A stretch of 64,000 nucleotides of DNA from assembly GCF_963921235.1 (NCBI RefSeq), contig NC_086108.1, forward strand, positions 18,848,001 through 18,912,000, given 5' to 3'. The notes under the pieces were generated by a model, which was not told the DNA's origin, did no database searches, and was given only the letters and a program-made list of their open reading frames with translations. Source of the stretch: Mobula hypostoma. Taxonomy: Eukaryota. Positions 48,211 to 61,539 of this stretch are shown here, piece after piece. How positions within the stretch are numbered: the first letter of the stretch is position 1; each line of letters starts with the position of its first letter. The position numbers were made by a program, and so were the translations under genes.

Positions 48211-51177
48211 TAATGCTGTCAATATAGCACCAAAATACACCCACCCCAAAAAAATTGAAAAAATAGTTTTATGGTAATTTCTTGTACTTCCAGACATACT
48301 GAACAACATATCAAAAGTTGGACAGAAACGGAGCACGGGAAAGTAAAAAATTCTGACGTTTAAAAAAATGGCCGCTAATGAAAAGAATCGGACCCATACC
48401 TGTCTTATTTTGCTATATTTCGCTGCTTCTAACAATGGTAGTGCCATAGTTGTGGTATAAAATGTGAACGGGAATACCCAAAGGGTGTGTTTTATCGCCA
48501 GAACTATGAACTATTATTTCATGATGTCATGATGTGTTCATAGTATTTTAATGGTTATTGTCACTGTTAATCCAAATGTCTTATTGTTTTAATCAATGTA
48601 GGTTTCCTTACCAATGTTCTCTCTGACTTTGACTCCATATTTGAGGATGAACTGGCAGGGACCTCCAAAACCAGCACACTGTGGGTCAACTACCAGCCCA
48701 TGGTAGGGACTGCTAGGGCACTTGTTGCAGCCGATCGAATGGGGTCATGGGAGATGCATCTCAGTGCCATCTCAGCTTGCTTGCTGATATTCGCGGCCGC
48801 TGGCTATCCGGATTACCTGAAGTTGGCTTGTCTCTATCTTCAGAAGACGCATGCATTGGAGGATGACAACACTGAGGTTCATCAGAAGTTCCAGTCTGGG
48901 TTCCATGTAATCAGACGCAGCAGCCAATACTGGGCTGGCCTTGGCTCTGATCTTGTGATAGAACAGACTCTAATATGCTCACTAAAAAGCCAAGGGGGCC
49001 TAACGCGAGGAAGTGGGATGTTAGAGCACCAGACAGTAGCTTGGACTATGTTTTCCACTGTGCCATCATCTTACAACCTTGCCGTGCAAGAACTGACTGC
49101 AAATAGTTACACAACAGGTGAACAACATAAGGAGTTGTCCACCTCCGGAGTGAGTAGAGATGAGGCTGACCTTGAAAAAATCACAGCAAAACTAGACTGT
49201 TTCACACCATTTTCAGATGAGAAATCATTGCACAACATAATCATAGGGGTTTATGGAAATGAAGATGTCAATGTACAGTACATGACCTGTCCGCAATAGG
49301 AAATGACATAGTTGGGAAAACCGCACAAAAGGAGTTCCAAGGTCAAGACACTAGCATCCAGCAGGGCAGTCAAAGTTGCTGAAGACCATACCATAGATCC
49401 AGCGTTGTTATTCCAGAGGTTCCTAGTTGTTTCACGGACAGGTGATCTCTGGCTAGACGAAGTGATGAACTATGAACTCTGTCTATATCCTATGTCTTTG
49501 TTTGAAGCAAAGAACATCTTGCGCCAGCCGGATAAGCTACAACTGGCAGAAGCGATAAAGAACTGTGTCACTTCCAAATCAGACAATGCTGTCACACAGC
49601 GAGTCCCAGTGACAGATCACTATGTTCTAGATGGGGGATCACTGCTGCACCGCTCAAAATGGACGAGGGGGGGGTTGCACCTACAGTTCAATTGCAGATG
49701 ACTACGCCTCATTCACTGTCAAGCACTATGTCAGAGCCACTGTAGTGTTTGATGGTTATGGGGTTGGGCCAAGCATAAAGGACTGCACTCACCAGTGTCA
49801 AAGTAAAAATTTGAATGCAAACAAGGTGAACATTACAGGGGCAACAAAATTTGTTGGAAAAAAGGAGGACTTCTTGTCGAATGAGGCAAATAAGCAGGTA
49901 ATTATCCAGCTCATCATGGAACGTTTGCGAAGTGATTCAAGCCGAAGGAGATGCCAACATTGAGATCGCAAAAGCGGCCGTCACAATGTCTGCTTTCAAA
50001 CCACCCTCGTTGGAGAAGACACAGATCTCCTCGTACTCTTGCTCTACCATGTAGTGGTAACAAACTGCACTGAACTCTATTTCCGCTCGGACAAGGCAAA
50101 ATCAAATGCCTATAATATCAAGGTCCTTAAGCAGATACTCGGAGAAGCAGCTTGTAATGATCTATTGTTTCTCCCTGCCTTTACCGGATACGGCTCAACG
50201 GCCAGAGTACTTGGGATCGGAAAGAAGTCGAGGTTCCAAAGAATCAACAAGAAAGAAAAGGGAATCAGAGACTGTTTGAAAGCATTCTGTTCACCAAAGT
50301 AAAGTCAGGTTGTTGTGAAAACCAATGGCTGCAGGGCAATGGTGGCGTTGTTCAATGGAAATCAGAACAACTCCCTGGCATCTATCAGATACAATATGCT
50401 CTGCAAGAAAGTTGCAAGAGCTAAGACTTTCGCCACGCCTGAGAGATTGCCACCAACCACCTCAGCCTGTAAATTTCACTCCTTGTGGACTTACTACCAG
50501 GTTATGGAGTGGATGGGCTGTAGTGATGAAATGGAGCCATCTAAGTGGGGATGGAGGGTAGAAGGAGAAAAACTCATTTCAGTGATGACAGATAAAAGGC
50601 CTGCTCCAGAGGTACTTATTCAGATGATTCACTGCAACTGTTCGGGAGGGTGCAATATGCTAAAGTGTACCTGCAGAAAGCATGGGCTGGAATGCACCAG
50701 TGCACGTGGGCATTGCCAAGATGGCAACTGTGACAATATGATAAATGAGCCAGTGATAGAAGAGGATGATGAACAAGACTGCATCTGAGAAGCCATAAGG
50801 TAGCATATTATGTGTCATGACGTCAGTACTTAATACCAGAGTTGTCCCTTGATTACGTCATTGATAACGTCATGACATCAGTACAAACGCAACTTTCATT
50901 CCAGGAACTACTGTTATTTGAAAAAACATTGATGAAAAGAGCATTCATTAAAACATCAGGTTTAAAAAAACTTGCAATTTGATGGTTATCAGTCAGATTT
51001 TTGACGTTGTTCTGCTGGCAGCCATCTTGTTTTTTGATGCCATTTTTGGAGGCTTTCCCGTGTGTCAAAATTATCCAACTTTTGATATGTTATTCTTCAC
51101 ATCAAATAGTATAATAAACGTTCACAAAACGTTTTTTTGCAATTTTTTCGGGGTTAGATGGTATATTGAGCCGCCTA
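48211..51177 (+). mobile_element. Academ-type DNA transposon, internally deleted; pseudogenised transposase C-terminal part, XPG-like nuclease and Cys-rich finger
   Basis: Imperfect ~150-bp TIRs (TAATGCTGTCAATATA.. vs TAGGCGGCTCAATATA..; shared AACATATCAAAAGTTGGA and CACGGGAAAG); TAT TSD (48208-48210, 51178-51180). ORF pieces 48700-50788: W..HL..FAAAG..YL; DLVIEQTL; VLDGGSLL; VVFDGY; VGEDTDLLVLL; AFTGY (H3TH-like); LPPT; CNCSGGC..CTCRKHGLEC..C..C. Confidence 0.8.
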
Positions 51178-51346
51178 TATCCTTTCACCAGCTTGCACCC
51201 AGCTCCGATATTTTTGAACCGCTGACTAAAGTGTATAAAGAAAAGGAAGATGCCCATGATGTTTTTATTAAATTTTAAGAGCACCCAGGGTAATTAACCT
51301 CAAACTCTCAAAGAGTTTGAACATGAGCTTGCTAACCTCACAATCA

Positions 51347-51478
<132 letters not shown>

Positions 51479-51489
51479 TCATAGCAATT

Positions 51490-54400
51490 CATAAAACATA
51501 GAACAGTACTGCACATTAACAGGGCCTTCGGCCCACAATGTTGTGCTGAACTAATTAGCTAATGACACCTGATCAAACTTATCTCTTCTTCCTGCACACA
51601 GTCCTTCATTCTTTGCATTTTTATGTGCCCAAAATCTCTATTATAACTGCCTTCACTACCACCACAGGCAACATATCGCAGGAACATATCCCTGTGTAAA
51701 AAAATAAATCTGCCCCCCTCCACATCCCCTTTAACTTTCCCCCTCTCACTTTAAATGCACATCATCTCATATAAGATATTTCAACCCTGCTGTCCACTCT
51801 ATCTACGCCCCGTCTAACTTCATAAAATTCTATCAGGTGTCCCCTCCTGACCCTAGTTTGTTCAACTGGTCTGTATACCTCATACTCTCCAATCCAGGCA
51901 GCATCCAGATAAACCCTTTCTAACCTCACCAAACTTTCCCCATTTTTGCTATAATGGGGCAACTGGAACTGAATGCAAAACTCCAGATACAGCCTAACCA
52001 GGGTTTTATAAAGATGCAACACAATCTCCTGACTCTTGAACTCAATGCCTCAACTAATAAAGGCGAGTGTGCCATATACCTTCCTTATCCCCTATCAACC
52101 TGTGCAGCTGCTATTGGAGTTGGACTGCAAGATTTATCAATACTGTTACAAGTCCTGTCATTAACTCTGTGCTTTCCTTTTACATTCGATCTTCCAATGT
52201 GCAATGCCTCACACTCACTTAGATTAAACTCCATCTGCATTTCTCCTCCTATACCTGCAGCTGATCAGTATCCCCCTGAATCATTTTGGCAAATTATTTC
52301 ATTTATCCAGATGGCAGTCTCAACCTGAAACACTTCCCTTCGCAGGTGCTGCCTGACACAGAGAGATCTTCCAGCATTCAGGGATCAGTGGAAGGTACAC
52401 TCCCCGATTCCCCCTGTTCCTCTACACTCCCCACATTCCACCATTATTGCTGGATTCCTCACCCTGCTCATATGCACCAGCTCATAGATCTTCAGCCTAA
52501 GTTCCACTTGTCACCTCCCTGCTCACCTGATCATTCACCAGCCTTCTTCTGCCTTTCTCGCACTAACCACATGGCTCACTTGCGAGTCTTTTTAACCACA
52601 GCTTCAACTCCTGTTGCTACAGCTCACCCTTAGATGAGAAACATTCACTTAACAAAACTTCCAACAAAGAAAGGCATTTATTTAAAATAATTTATCACTT
52701 TACAAGCGTTGGAGAATGCATTTGGAAACTGTCTTTAAATCCAGGTCCAGTAACGTTTTTCTGATCTGTTCATAGGAAGGACTCCGTGAACTAAAATTGG
52801 GATTTTTTTTTTTAAAAACCTCTTGAGCACCTGCACTCATTTTCAATTCATTTCATTTAGAGATGTGGAGTGGAACAGGCCTTTCCGACCCAACCAGCCA
52901 CACTGCCCAGCAACCCACCTATTTACAATGACCAATTAACCTACTAATTTGGTCTTTGGACTGTGGGAGGAAACTGGAGCACATAGGCAAAGAATATACA
53001 AACTTTCTTACAGAGGACACTGGAATTGAACTCCAATCACCAATGTCCTAAGCTGCATTATATATTTTTTATATGTTTCTATCAAGTCCTCCCACAGCCT
53101 CCATTGCTCCAAAGAAAGCAACCCAAGTTTGCCCAACCTCTGCTTAGAGCAGACACCCTGTAATCCAAGCAGCAAAGTCTCCACATCCATCCTGTACTTG
53201 TTTAACACTGTCTTTCAAACTCAGGTCCATAAAACCAGTAACATTTAACAGTCTTTCTGAGCTGTTGATGGGAAGGAGTCTGAGAAGTAAAAATGGGATT
53301 TAAAAAAATCCTCCTGAGCACCTGCACTCCTGCATATGGAATCAATAGCCTTTGCATGAATGATTTGTATGTTTCAGCTTATTAAAAACAAATGTGGTTT
53401 ACTTTTGATTTGAAGATTCATAGACTCATAGAGTCAAAGAGCATGGAAATAGGCTCTTTGGCCCAACACGTGCATGCCGACCAAGGTGCCTGTCTAAGCT
53501 TGTCCTATTATCTGTGTTTGGCCCTTCCTGCCTATGTACCTGGCTAAGTATCTTTTAAACATTATTATTGTATCTGTTTCTAGCACTTCCAGTGGCAATT
53601 CATTTCATATACCCAGCGTGCTCTGTGTGAAAAACGTACCTCTCAGATCCTCTTTAGTTCATTTCCCTCTCCCCTTAAACCCCTAGTCTGAGACTCCACT
53701 ACCCTGCCGAACTGCGATTCGCCATTATACCGATGCCCTGCATAATTACATAAACCTCTATATTTAGTTAAAAAAACCTCTGGTTAATCAACATTTGGAG
53801 TTCTCTTTGGCCCATTACAAGATGGATGTGGAGGCTTTGGAGAGAATCATCATGATGCTGCCTGGATTAGAGGGTACTCATCACTAAGCAGGGGTTGGAC
53901 AAACTTCAGTTGTTTTCTTTGGAGCAATGGAGGCTAACAGAAGACCTGATCGAAGTATAAAATGATTAAAGGCATAGATAAGAATGATGGAATCTTTTCT
54001 GTAGGTTCAAAATGTCAAATTGTAGAGGACATAAGTTTAAGATGAGAGGGTGAGTTTAAATAACATGTGTGAGGCAAGATATTGTTTTATCAGAGTTACA
54101 GGACCTGGAAAGTGCTGACAATGGAGGTGGTGGATGCAGGTTCCATTACAACACATAAGAGGCATGTACACAAATGTATGAACAGACAGGAGATAGAGGG
54201 ATATAGAATGTGTGCAGACAATTTGACACAGAGCTCTACGCAGTAATGTTGGGCTGAAGGGCCTGTTCCTGAGCTGTACTGTTCAAAGTTCTATATACTG
54301 TATTAGACAATAGACAATAGGTGCAGGAGTAGGCCATTCGGCCCTTCAAGCCAGCACCACCATTCACTGATCATGGCTGATCATCCACAATCAGTACCCT

Positions 54401-54635
54401 GTTCCTGCCTTCTCCCCATATCCCTTGACTCCACTATCTTTAAGAGCTCTATCTAACTCTTTCTTGAAAGAATCCAGAGAATTGGCCTCCACTGCCTTCT
54501 TAGGCAGAGCATTCCACAGATCCACAATTCTCTGTGTGAAAAAGTTTTTCCTCAACTCCGTTCTAAATGGTCTACCCTTTATTCTTAAACTGTGGCCTCT
54601 GGTTCTGGACTCCCCCAATATCGGGAACATGTTTC
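51490..54635. mobile_element. Patchwork of CR1 3' fragments (both strands) and a SINE
   Basis: LYKTLVR (51762-52022), FFTQRIVDLWNALP (54391-54630, with AGACAAT repeat tail), several CATAGA-type tails; SINE near 52860-53060. Confidence 0.75.
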
Positions 54636-54949
54636 TTAGGACTTAATCTTTTCTTCATCAAAAACTAATCAGTATCCCCTATTAAACGTATGGGTCTATC
54701 ATGACGCCCTCTCTATAAGGTTTCAAATAACAATGGGTTCTCCAGAAAACACAGGGTCAAGCACTGGGCAGTGTGGCATCTTCCTCCTGAACACAATCTT
54801 CCAAATCCCTCTGCATCCACTGTTCCTCAATTGCTGCCTCCTTTTAGTTCTAATCAACAAGATCCAAACCTGGGCCTCTGTACCTCCCTCCGAAACTGGA
54901 TTCTTAACTTCCTCTTCAGAAGACCACAGTCTGTGTAGATTGAAGATAA

Positions 54950-55900
54950 TGTCTTCTCCTCACTAACAATCAACACTGGTGTACTTCAAGAATACATGCT
55001 TAGCTCACTGCTCTACTCTCTCTACATCCACAACTGTGTGGCTAGGTACAGCTCAAACACCATCTTTAAATTTGCTGAAAACACAACTATTGTTAGCAGA
55101 ATTTCAGATGGTGATAGGAGTATACAGGAGTGAGATAGATCAGTTGTATGATGTCGTAGCAACAGCCTTGCACTCAATGTCAGTAGACCAAGGAATTGAC
55201 TGTGGGCTTCAGGAAGGTGAAGTCAAGGAAACACACACCAATCCTCATTGAGGGATCAAAAGTGGAAAGTGTGAGCAGTTTCAAGGTCCTGGGTGTCAAC
55301 ATCTCTGAGGATCTAACATATTGATGCAATTATAAAGAAGGCATGATAAGGCTATATTTCATTAGGAGTTTGCGGGTACTTAGCATGTCAGCAAAGACTC
55401 TCACAAATTTCTACAGATGTGCTGTTGGGAGCATTCTAACTGGTTGCATCACAGTCTGGTTTGTAGGGGCCACTGCACAGGACTGGAAAAAGCTGCAGTA
55501 AGTTGGAAACTGAGACAGGACCATCATGGACACTAGCCTATCAAGCATCTAGGACAACTTCAAAAGGCGATGCCAAAAAGGCAGCATCCATCATTAAAGA
55601 CCCTATCACCCAGGACATGCCCTCTTCTCATTGCTACCATCAAGGAGGAGGTACAGGAGCCTGAGGACACAGACTCAACATTTCAGGAACAGCTTTTTCC
55701 TCTCTGCCATCAGATTTCTGAATGGACAACGAACGTATGAACACTACTTCAGTAATTTTTCCTTCTCTTTTTGCACTACTTATGAAATTTAATTTTTATA
55801 TATAATTCTTGTTGTAATTTTTATTTTTATTATGTATTGCAATGTACTACTACCACAAAACAACAAATTTAGCATCATATGCCAGGGATATTAAGTCTGA
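54950..55900 (+). mobile_element. Rex1/Babar-like LINE RT 3' part
   Basis: Degenerate G.PQGC.LSPLLYSLYT.DC..KFADDTT region, FKVLGVNISEDL, ESILTGCITVW; 3'UTR ending TCTGATT. Confidence 0.75.
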
Positions 55901-57390
55901 TTTTGATGGCATCAGACAGGATCTGGCAAGTGTGGCTTGGGTCAGGCTGTTTTCTGGCAAAGGTGTACTTGGTAAGTGGGAGACCTTCAAAACTGAATAT
56001 TTCAGAGTTCAAAGCCTGTATGTGCCTGTCAGAATAAAAGGTAAAGATAACAGGTGTGGGAAACCTTGGTCTTCAAGAGATATTGAGGCCCTGGTTAAGA
56101 AATAAAGGGTGCATGGCAGGTCGGAACAAATTGGGTATTTTTGGAGTATAAAAAGTGCAAACAAACACAAGAAAAAAGATCAGGAGAGTTAAAAGAAGGT
56201 GCGAGGTTGCCCTTGCTGACAATGTGAAGGAGAATCGGAAGGGATTCTACAGATATGTTAAGAGCAAAAGAATTGCAAGGGACAAAATTGGTCCTCTGCA
56301 AGATCAGAATGTTAATCTATGCATGGACCCAAAGAGTGAGATAGTAATTAGATTGTTTGCCTCTGTACTTACTCAGGAGATGGATACAGAGTCTATAGAA
56401 TGAGGAAAAGCAGCAGTGAGGTCATAGGCTCTACACAGATTACAGAGGAGGAGGTGTTTACTGTCTTGAGGCAATTAAGGTGGATAAATCCCCAGTGGCT
56501 GACAAGGTGTTCCCTTGGGCCCTGTGGGAGACAAGTGCAGAAATCATAAGGATCCTTGCAGAGATATTTAAATCATCCTTAGCGACAGTTGAGGTACTAG
56601 AAGACTGGAGGATAGCTAATGTTGTTCTGCCGTTTAAGAAAGGCTCTAAAAATAAACCTGGAAATTATAAGCTGGTGAGCCTGACATTAGTAGGGGGAAA
56701 GTTATTGGAAATTCAGGTACATAATTCATTGAAAGTGGCAGCACAGGTAGAGGGAAGGTTGTAAAGAAAGCTTTTGGCACATTGGTTTTCATAAATCAAA
56801 GAACATGGGGTGATGGGGTGTTATGTTGAAGTTGTATAAGACATTGGTAAGGCCTCATTGGAGTATTGTGTGCAGCTTTGGTCACCTGCCTATAGGAAGG
56901 ATGTAAATAAGGTTGAAAGACTACAGAAAAAATTTACAAGGACTGGAGAACCTGAGTTATAAGGAATGATTGAACAGGTTAGGACTGTATTGCTTGGAAC
57001 ATAGGAGAATGATGGGAGATTTGATAGAGACATGCAAAACTATGAGGGGTAAAGATAGGGTAAATGCAAGCAGGCTTTTTCCACTGAGGCTGTGTGGGAC
57101 TACTACTAGAGGCCATGGGTTAAGGGAATAAGGTGAAAATTTTAAGAGGAACATGATAGGAAACTTCTTCACTCAGAGGGTCAAGAAAGTGTGAACGATC
57201 TGCCATCGCAAGTGCTGCATGCAAGCTCCATTTCAACACTTAAGAGAAGTTTGGATAGGCACATGTATGGTAGGGCTGTGGAGGACTATGGTCTGAGTGT
57301 AGGTAATTGGCAGTTTAAATGGTTCAGCACAGACCAGATGGGCTGAAGGGCCTGTTTCTCTGCTGTACTTTTTTATGACTCTGTGACTCT
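55900..57390 (+). mobile_element. CR1 LINE fragment with internal deletion near 56710
   Basis: FYRYVKSKR, EDWRIANV, PGNYKLVSLT, then RT C-terminus and 3'UTR. Confidence 0.85.
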
Positions 57391-58479
57391 AATAGGGTTT
57401 ATGCATTACACTAATTCAAACCATTTGTTATTTCAGAATGGGATGTTGAAGTGATAATTGAGGAGGAAATCTTAAGAAAACAGGAGGTAGGATTAGAAGT
57501 GACACAATCACATAATTCTGACAAAAGATAGAGTGGAAATTAACGAAAAGATACGTGCATTCCAAGTGATGATCCAGTGGAAACATGAAAAACTGACATA
57601 TGACTCTACTGAATTGAGGCAAGGTGACACCTTCCTTAGGGTAAAAAAAAACACAAAACCAACCATGCAATATCCTTTGAGATCAAAGACTTGGAAAACC
57701 TGTCCATAGATGAAACCTATAAATAAAGTGAGTCACTATTTTTTCAAAAATGTGTAAGCAGTGCAGTGTGTATAAATAAGTGTCCTGTAATGTATATATG
57801 GTAAATGTATGCATATTCAAAGGAGCAAGAGAGTGAACTCAGGCATCCATTATATTCCTGGAGTAGGGTGTAGGTAGAATCAGAATCCACGTAAACATGT
57901 ACATTTAGAGTGGCCTATCCATTATTAAAGAGGCCAGACCTCAAAATATTTCCTCTCTAGACTTATCTTGGCATCAGTTTTTCTCCCCTTTCTGCAGAGC
58001 ATTCATTTACAGCTCCGCACACACAGTTACCTGAATGATCTCCAATGCATCTCAGTCTGACTTATTTTCTCCTTTCCACTCATATAATTAATTTCCTTGA
58101 CCTTCCCTGCCAGAATCCTTCTTTGCACTCTGATGCCATCCTTACGTTGCACGCAACTCCATGTTTAGAGTATTTTTGCACTCTCCAGCCTCAACTAGCC
58201 CTCACCATCTGCACTTCAACCACTCTCCCACCCCCACCACCCACTGCAGCCCAGATCCAAACAGGTCAACATGAGGAACTCCAGTTTTCATCCTCTCAAA
58301 ACTGGCTGCTCCTTTGTAAACTGAGGTCACTAGAGGTCAACCAAGGCCTCAACCAAGAGGATAGGCTGTCTTGTGAGAAGATGGCTGTCATTGGCAGTTG
58401 TTAGCTGGCATCCACCAGCACAGAAAGTAGCCCATAGTGTGACACTGGGCAACAGCAAGGAAACCCCTGGCCAGTGAGA

Positions 58480-58755
58480 AGAATGCTGAGGAATCTTCAG
58501 GATCAGTATAGAGGCAATCCAGAGAGAGCACCCAGAGAGAGCACAATATCAGGGCAGTATTGAAGGAGGACTTAGGTCATCATAGGGACAGTGCTGAGGA
58601 GCCTCTAGGCAATTATTGTGACAGTGCTGAGGGAGGACACAGGTCAACGTCGGGACAATGTTGAGACTGTATGCAGATCAATATTGGATCAGCACTGACG
58701 GTGTTCCCATGTCAACATTAGGGCAGTGCAAGGGGAGCTCTTAGATCAATATTCA
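58480..58755. repeat. Diverged ~34-bp tandem repeat
   Basis: CAGTGCTGAG-like starts near 58555, 58589, 58622, 58656, 58690 and 58724. Confidence 0.7.
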
Positions 58756-59212
58756 AACTGGTCTGGTATGCAGTGTAGAACCAAGCTTCGGATACACAAT
58801 AAAAATTGGTCCGGGGAAGCCTTTGCCAGACATGTCAGACAGTGTGATGCCACCCACTGCATAAGGTAGCATGGAGACAAAATGACGCCAGCCCTAGCAT
58901 CATCCCCTGCCATAACATTTCCTCTCACTGCGCCGAGTTTAGGAGGCTGAGCAAGGCCCTTAGACTACATGTGCAACTGTTGACACTGAGGAGGAATGTG
59001 GTTCAATAAGTACTTCTATCATGGAACATCAGCCCAATTGACAGGACACATCCTTCCATTCCTACCCCCACCACCTTCTCCTCTTCCTCTGCCTGTGACT
59101 AAGCAGGCTGTCTCTGGAGTAACTAATGCTTCCTGCTGCAACTCATCAGCGGGTTTCGGAGGTGTGCACCATAAGGGATAGTGGATTCCCACCTTTCATA
59201 TGCTTCTCCTAC

Positions 59213-59382
59213 CTTCCTGCAGGGCTTGGAAGACACTTCAAACGAGGCCTTGAAGGCACGCCTCTGCTGTGTGGTGAGAATAGTCCGCGGCCGCTTCGGT
59301 CTTTTGGGGTCTTTGAAGTCTTCGCCTCCTTTGCACTGTAGTTGCCCCAGTTTGTCGGTGCAATCTTCATCATCACTTTTAG
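59213..59382 (-). CDS. LMX1A: LMX1A exon (linker and homeodomain N-terminus, 170 bp)
   Basis: [56 protein letters not shown]; acceptor cctctgatgtag, donor gtagga; phase 0 join to the 51433 exon. Confidence 0.97.
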
Positions 59383-59624
59383 CTACATCAGAGGAAGGAC
59401 AGGAGGTGAAAGGTCAGTGGGGGTTCACTCTGTAGGTATAGTTATCTTCATTTATTTCTGCAATTCATGACATATACTGTACAGTAGCAATCCCATTCCT
59501 CAGCACAAACTCAAGCTCACAGTCCCTCCCACAAAACAGATTCAATCTCAATCCGGGACACAACAGGATACCCCAGTTTTATACCTGTTGAAATCCGAAA
59601 CACCTTTTAGTTCAATCATTAGAC

Positions 59625-60620
59625 CTATAACATCCATAAGATACTAGAGCATAATTGGGATATTCAGCCCATTAAGTCTGCTCTGCAATTCCATCATGGC
59701 TGATTTATTATCCCTCTCAACCCCATTCTCACACCTTCTCTCCATAACCTTTGACTCCCTTACTAATCAAGAACCCAACAACCTCCGCATTAAATATACC
59801 AAGTAACTTGGACTGCACAGCCATCTGTGGCAATGAATTCCATTAGATTCACCCCCCCCTCTGGCTAAAGAAATTCCTCCTCATCTCTATTCTAAAGGGA
59901 TGTGTTTCTATTCTGAGTCCTTTCAATATTCAATAGGTTTCAGTGAGATCACCCATATTCTTCTAAACTCCAGCGAGTACAGGCCCAGAGCCATCAAACA
60001 ATCCTCATATATTAACCCTCATATATTCCTGGGATTATCTTTTATTTTTATTTATATTTTAGAGGAGGGTCCTCTAAACCCGTTCCAATGCCAACACATC
60101 CTTTCTTAAATAAGAGGCCCAAAACTGCTCACAATATTCCGTGCAGTCTAGCCATTGCCTTATAAAGCCTCAAAATTATATCCTTGCTTTTATATTCCAG
60201 TCCTTTCAAAATGAACATAGAACATAGAACAGTACAACACAGGAACAGGCCTTTAGCCCACAACGTTGTGCCAAACAGGCTAGAAAGCAAATCAAAAACA
60301 CCTAAACAGTAAGCCCACCTACCTCCACCATGTCCATATCCCTCATCTTCCTTACATCCATGTGCCTATCCAATTGTCTCTTAAAAGCCTCTAATGTATT
60401 TGCCTCTACCACTATTCCAGGCAGTGCATTCCACCGAAGTGTATTACCATACCCTTCCCACACTATATTCCATCTGCCACTTCTTTGCCCATTTTTTTCA
60501 CCTGTCTAAGACTTTCTACAGCCTCCCCGCTTCCTCAACCCTACCTGCCCTTACACCTAACTTCATACCTAGCTATTCTATCAATTCTGTTATCCAAATT
60601 GTTGACGTATGTGAAAAGAT
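59625..60620 (-). mobile_element. CR1 3' fragments, nested
   Basis: Same 3'UTR and RT C-terminal motifs as other copies; AACATAG-repeat tail near 60215. Confidence 0.75.
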
Positions 60621-60789
60621 TTAATACTGAATATAACCAAATGCCATGCTTATTTCTCATGCACAATGAGAGTTCCCTGATTTTGAGTTAAATAGCAACG
60701 AGATTAAAACTTCAGTACACAAAGTCCACATCAACCATTAACAACCAGTCGCATTATATTCTCCCACATTCCCATCAACCCCTCCTAAA

Positions 60790-61015
60790 TTCTACCATGC
60801 AACAACACACCAGAGGCAATTTACAACAGCCAGTTAACCTACCAATCCACACTTTATTGAGATATGGGAGAAAAACAGAGCATCTGGGGGAAATCCACGC
60901 AGTAGCAAGGAGTACCTGCAAATTCCATACAGACAGTGCCGTGCCCAAGATGATGATCGAACACAGGTCTCTGGTGCTATAAGGGAATGGCTCTACTACC
61001 TGTGCCACTGTGCCA
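60790..61015 (-). mobile_element. V-SINE/HE1-like SINE
   Basis: Minus-strand tRNA-like head GGCACAGTGGCACAGGTAGTAGAG..TGTTCGATC; core TGTATGGAATTTGCA..GCGTGGATTTCCCC..TAAATTGCC. Confidence 0.75.
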
Positions 61016-61539
61016 CTCATTTATAGGAGTGAGTGTTATCCAGGAGATTTTACTCAATTCGACCTAGATGTGTCCCATACTAGGGTGGAATTTAATACCG
61101 TGTAGCTAGTTGAAACCTGTTTAATGTCTCCTTATTTCTCATTTCCAGAAAGAGTCATGGTAATCCTTTGGGCAGGGAGTCCTTCAGATATATAATGGCA
61201 CCATTCTTGAAACTCCAGCCAACATCATATTCCCTTCCCATTCCATATAAACCAGAATTGTAACCAGAATTGTCAAAACAAGACTATACTGGTAGAAGTA
61301 GCACTATTTTAAGCTAATTAAAAATGTAATTTGCTTAACTACAGTACTAGACCATTAGATTGATAGTAGTTAATAATTTAGCATCTGTTGCTGAAGCATC
61401 GATCAGATTTATTAAACAGGAAAGAATGCAGAAATGATTTACAAGGATGTTCCCAGGGCTAGCGGGCCTGAGTTACAGGGAGAGGTTGTCCAGGCTACAA
61501 CTTTATTACTTGGATTGTAGGAGAATGAGGGGCAACCTC

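Noticed and set aside
48700..50788. Nested host gene (tesmin/CXC-like) in the lmx1a intron
   Set aside because: Frameshifts and stops, no introns, and enclosure by TIRs with a TSD indicate a transposon.
60940..61015. tRNA gene
   Set aside because: Degenerate tRNA-like SINE head without a full cloverleaf.
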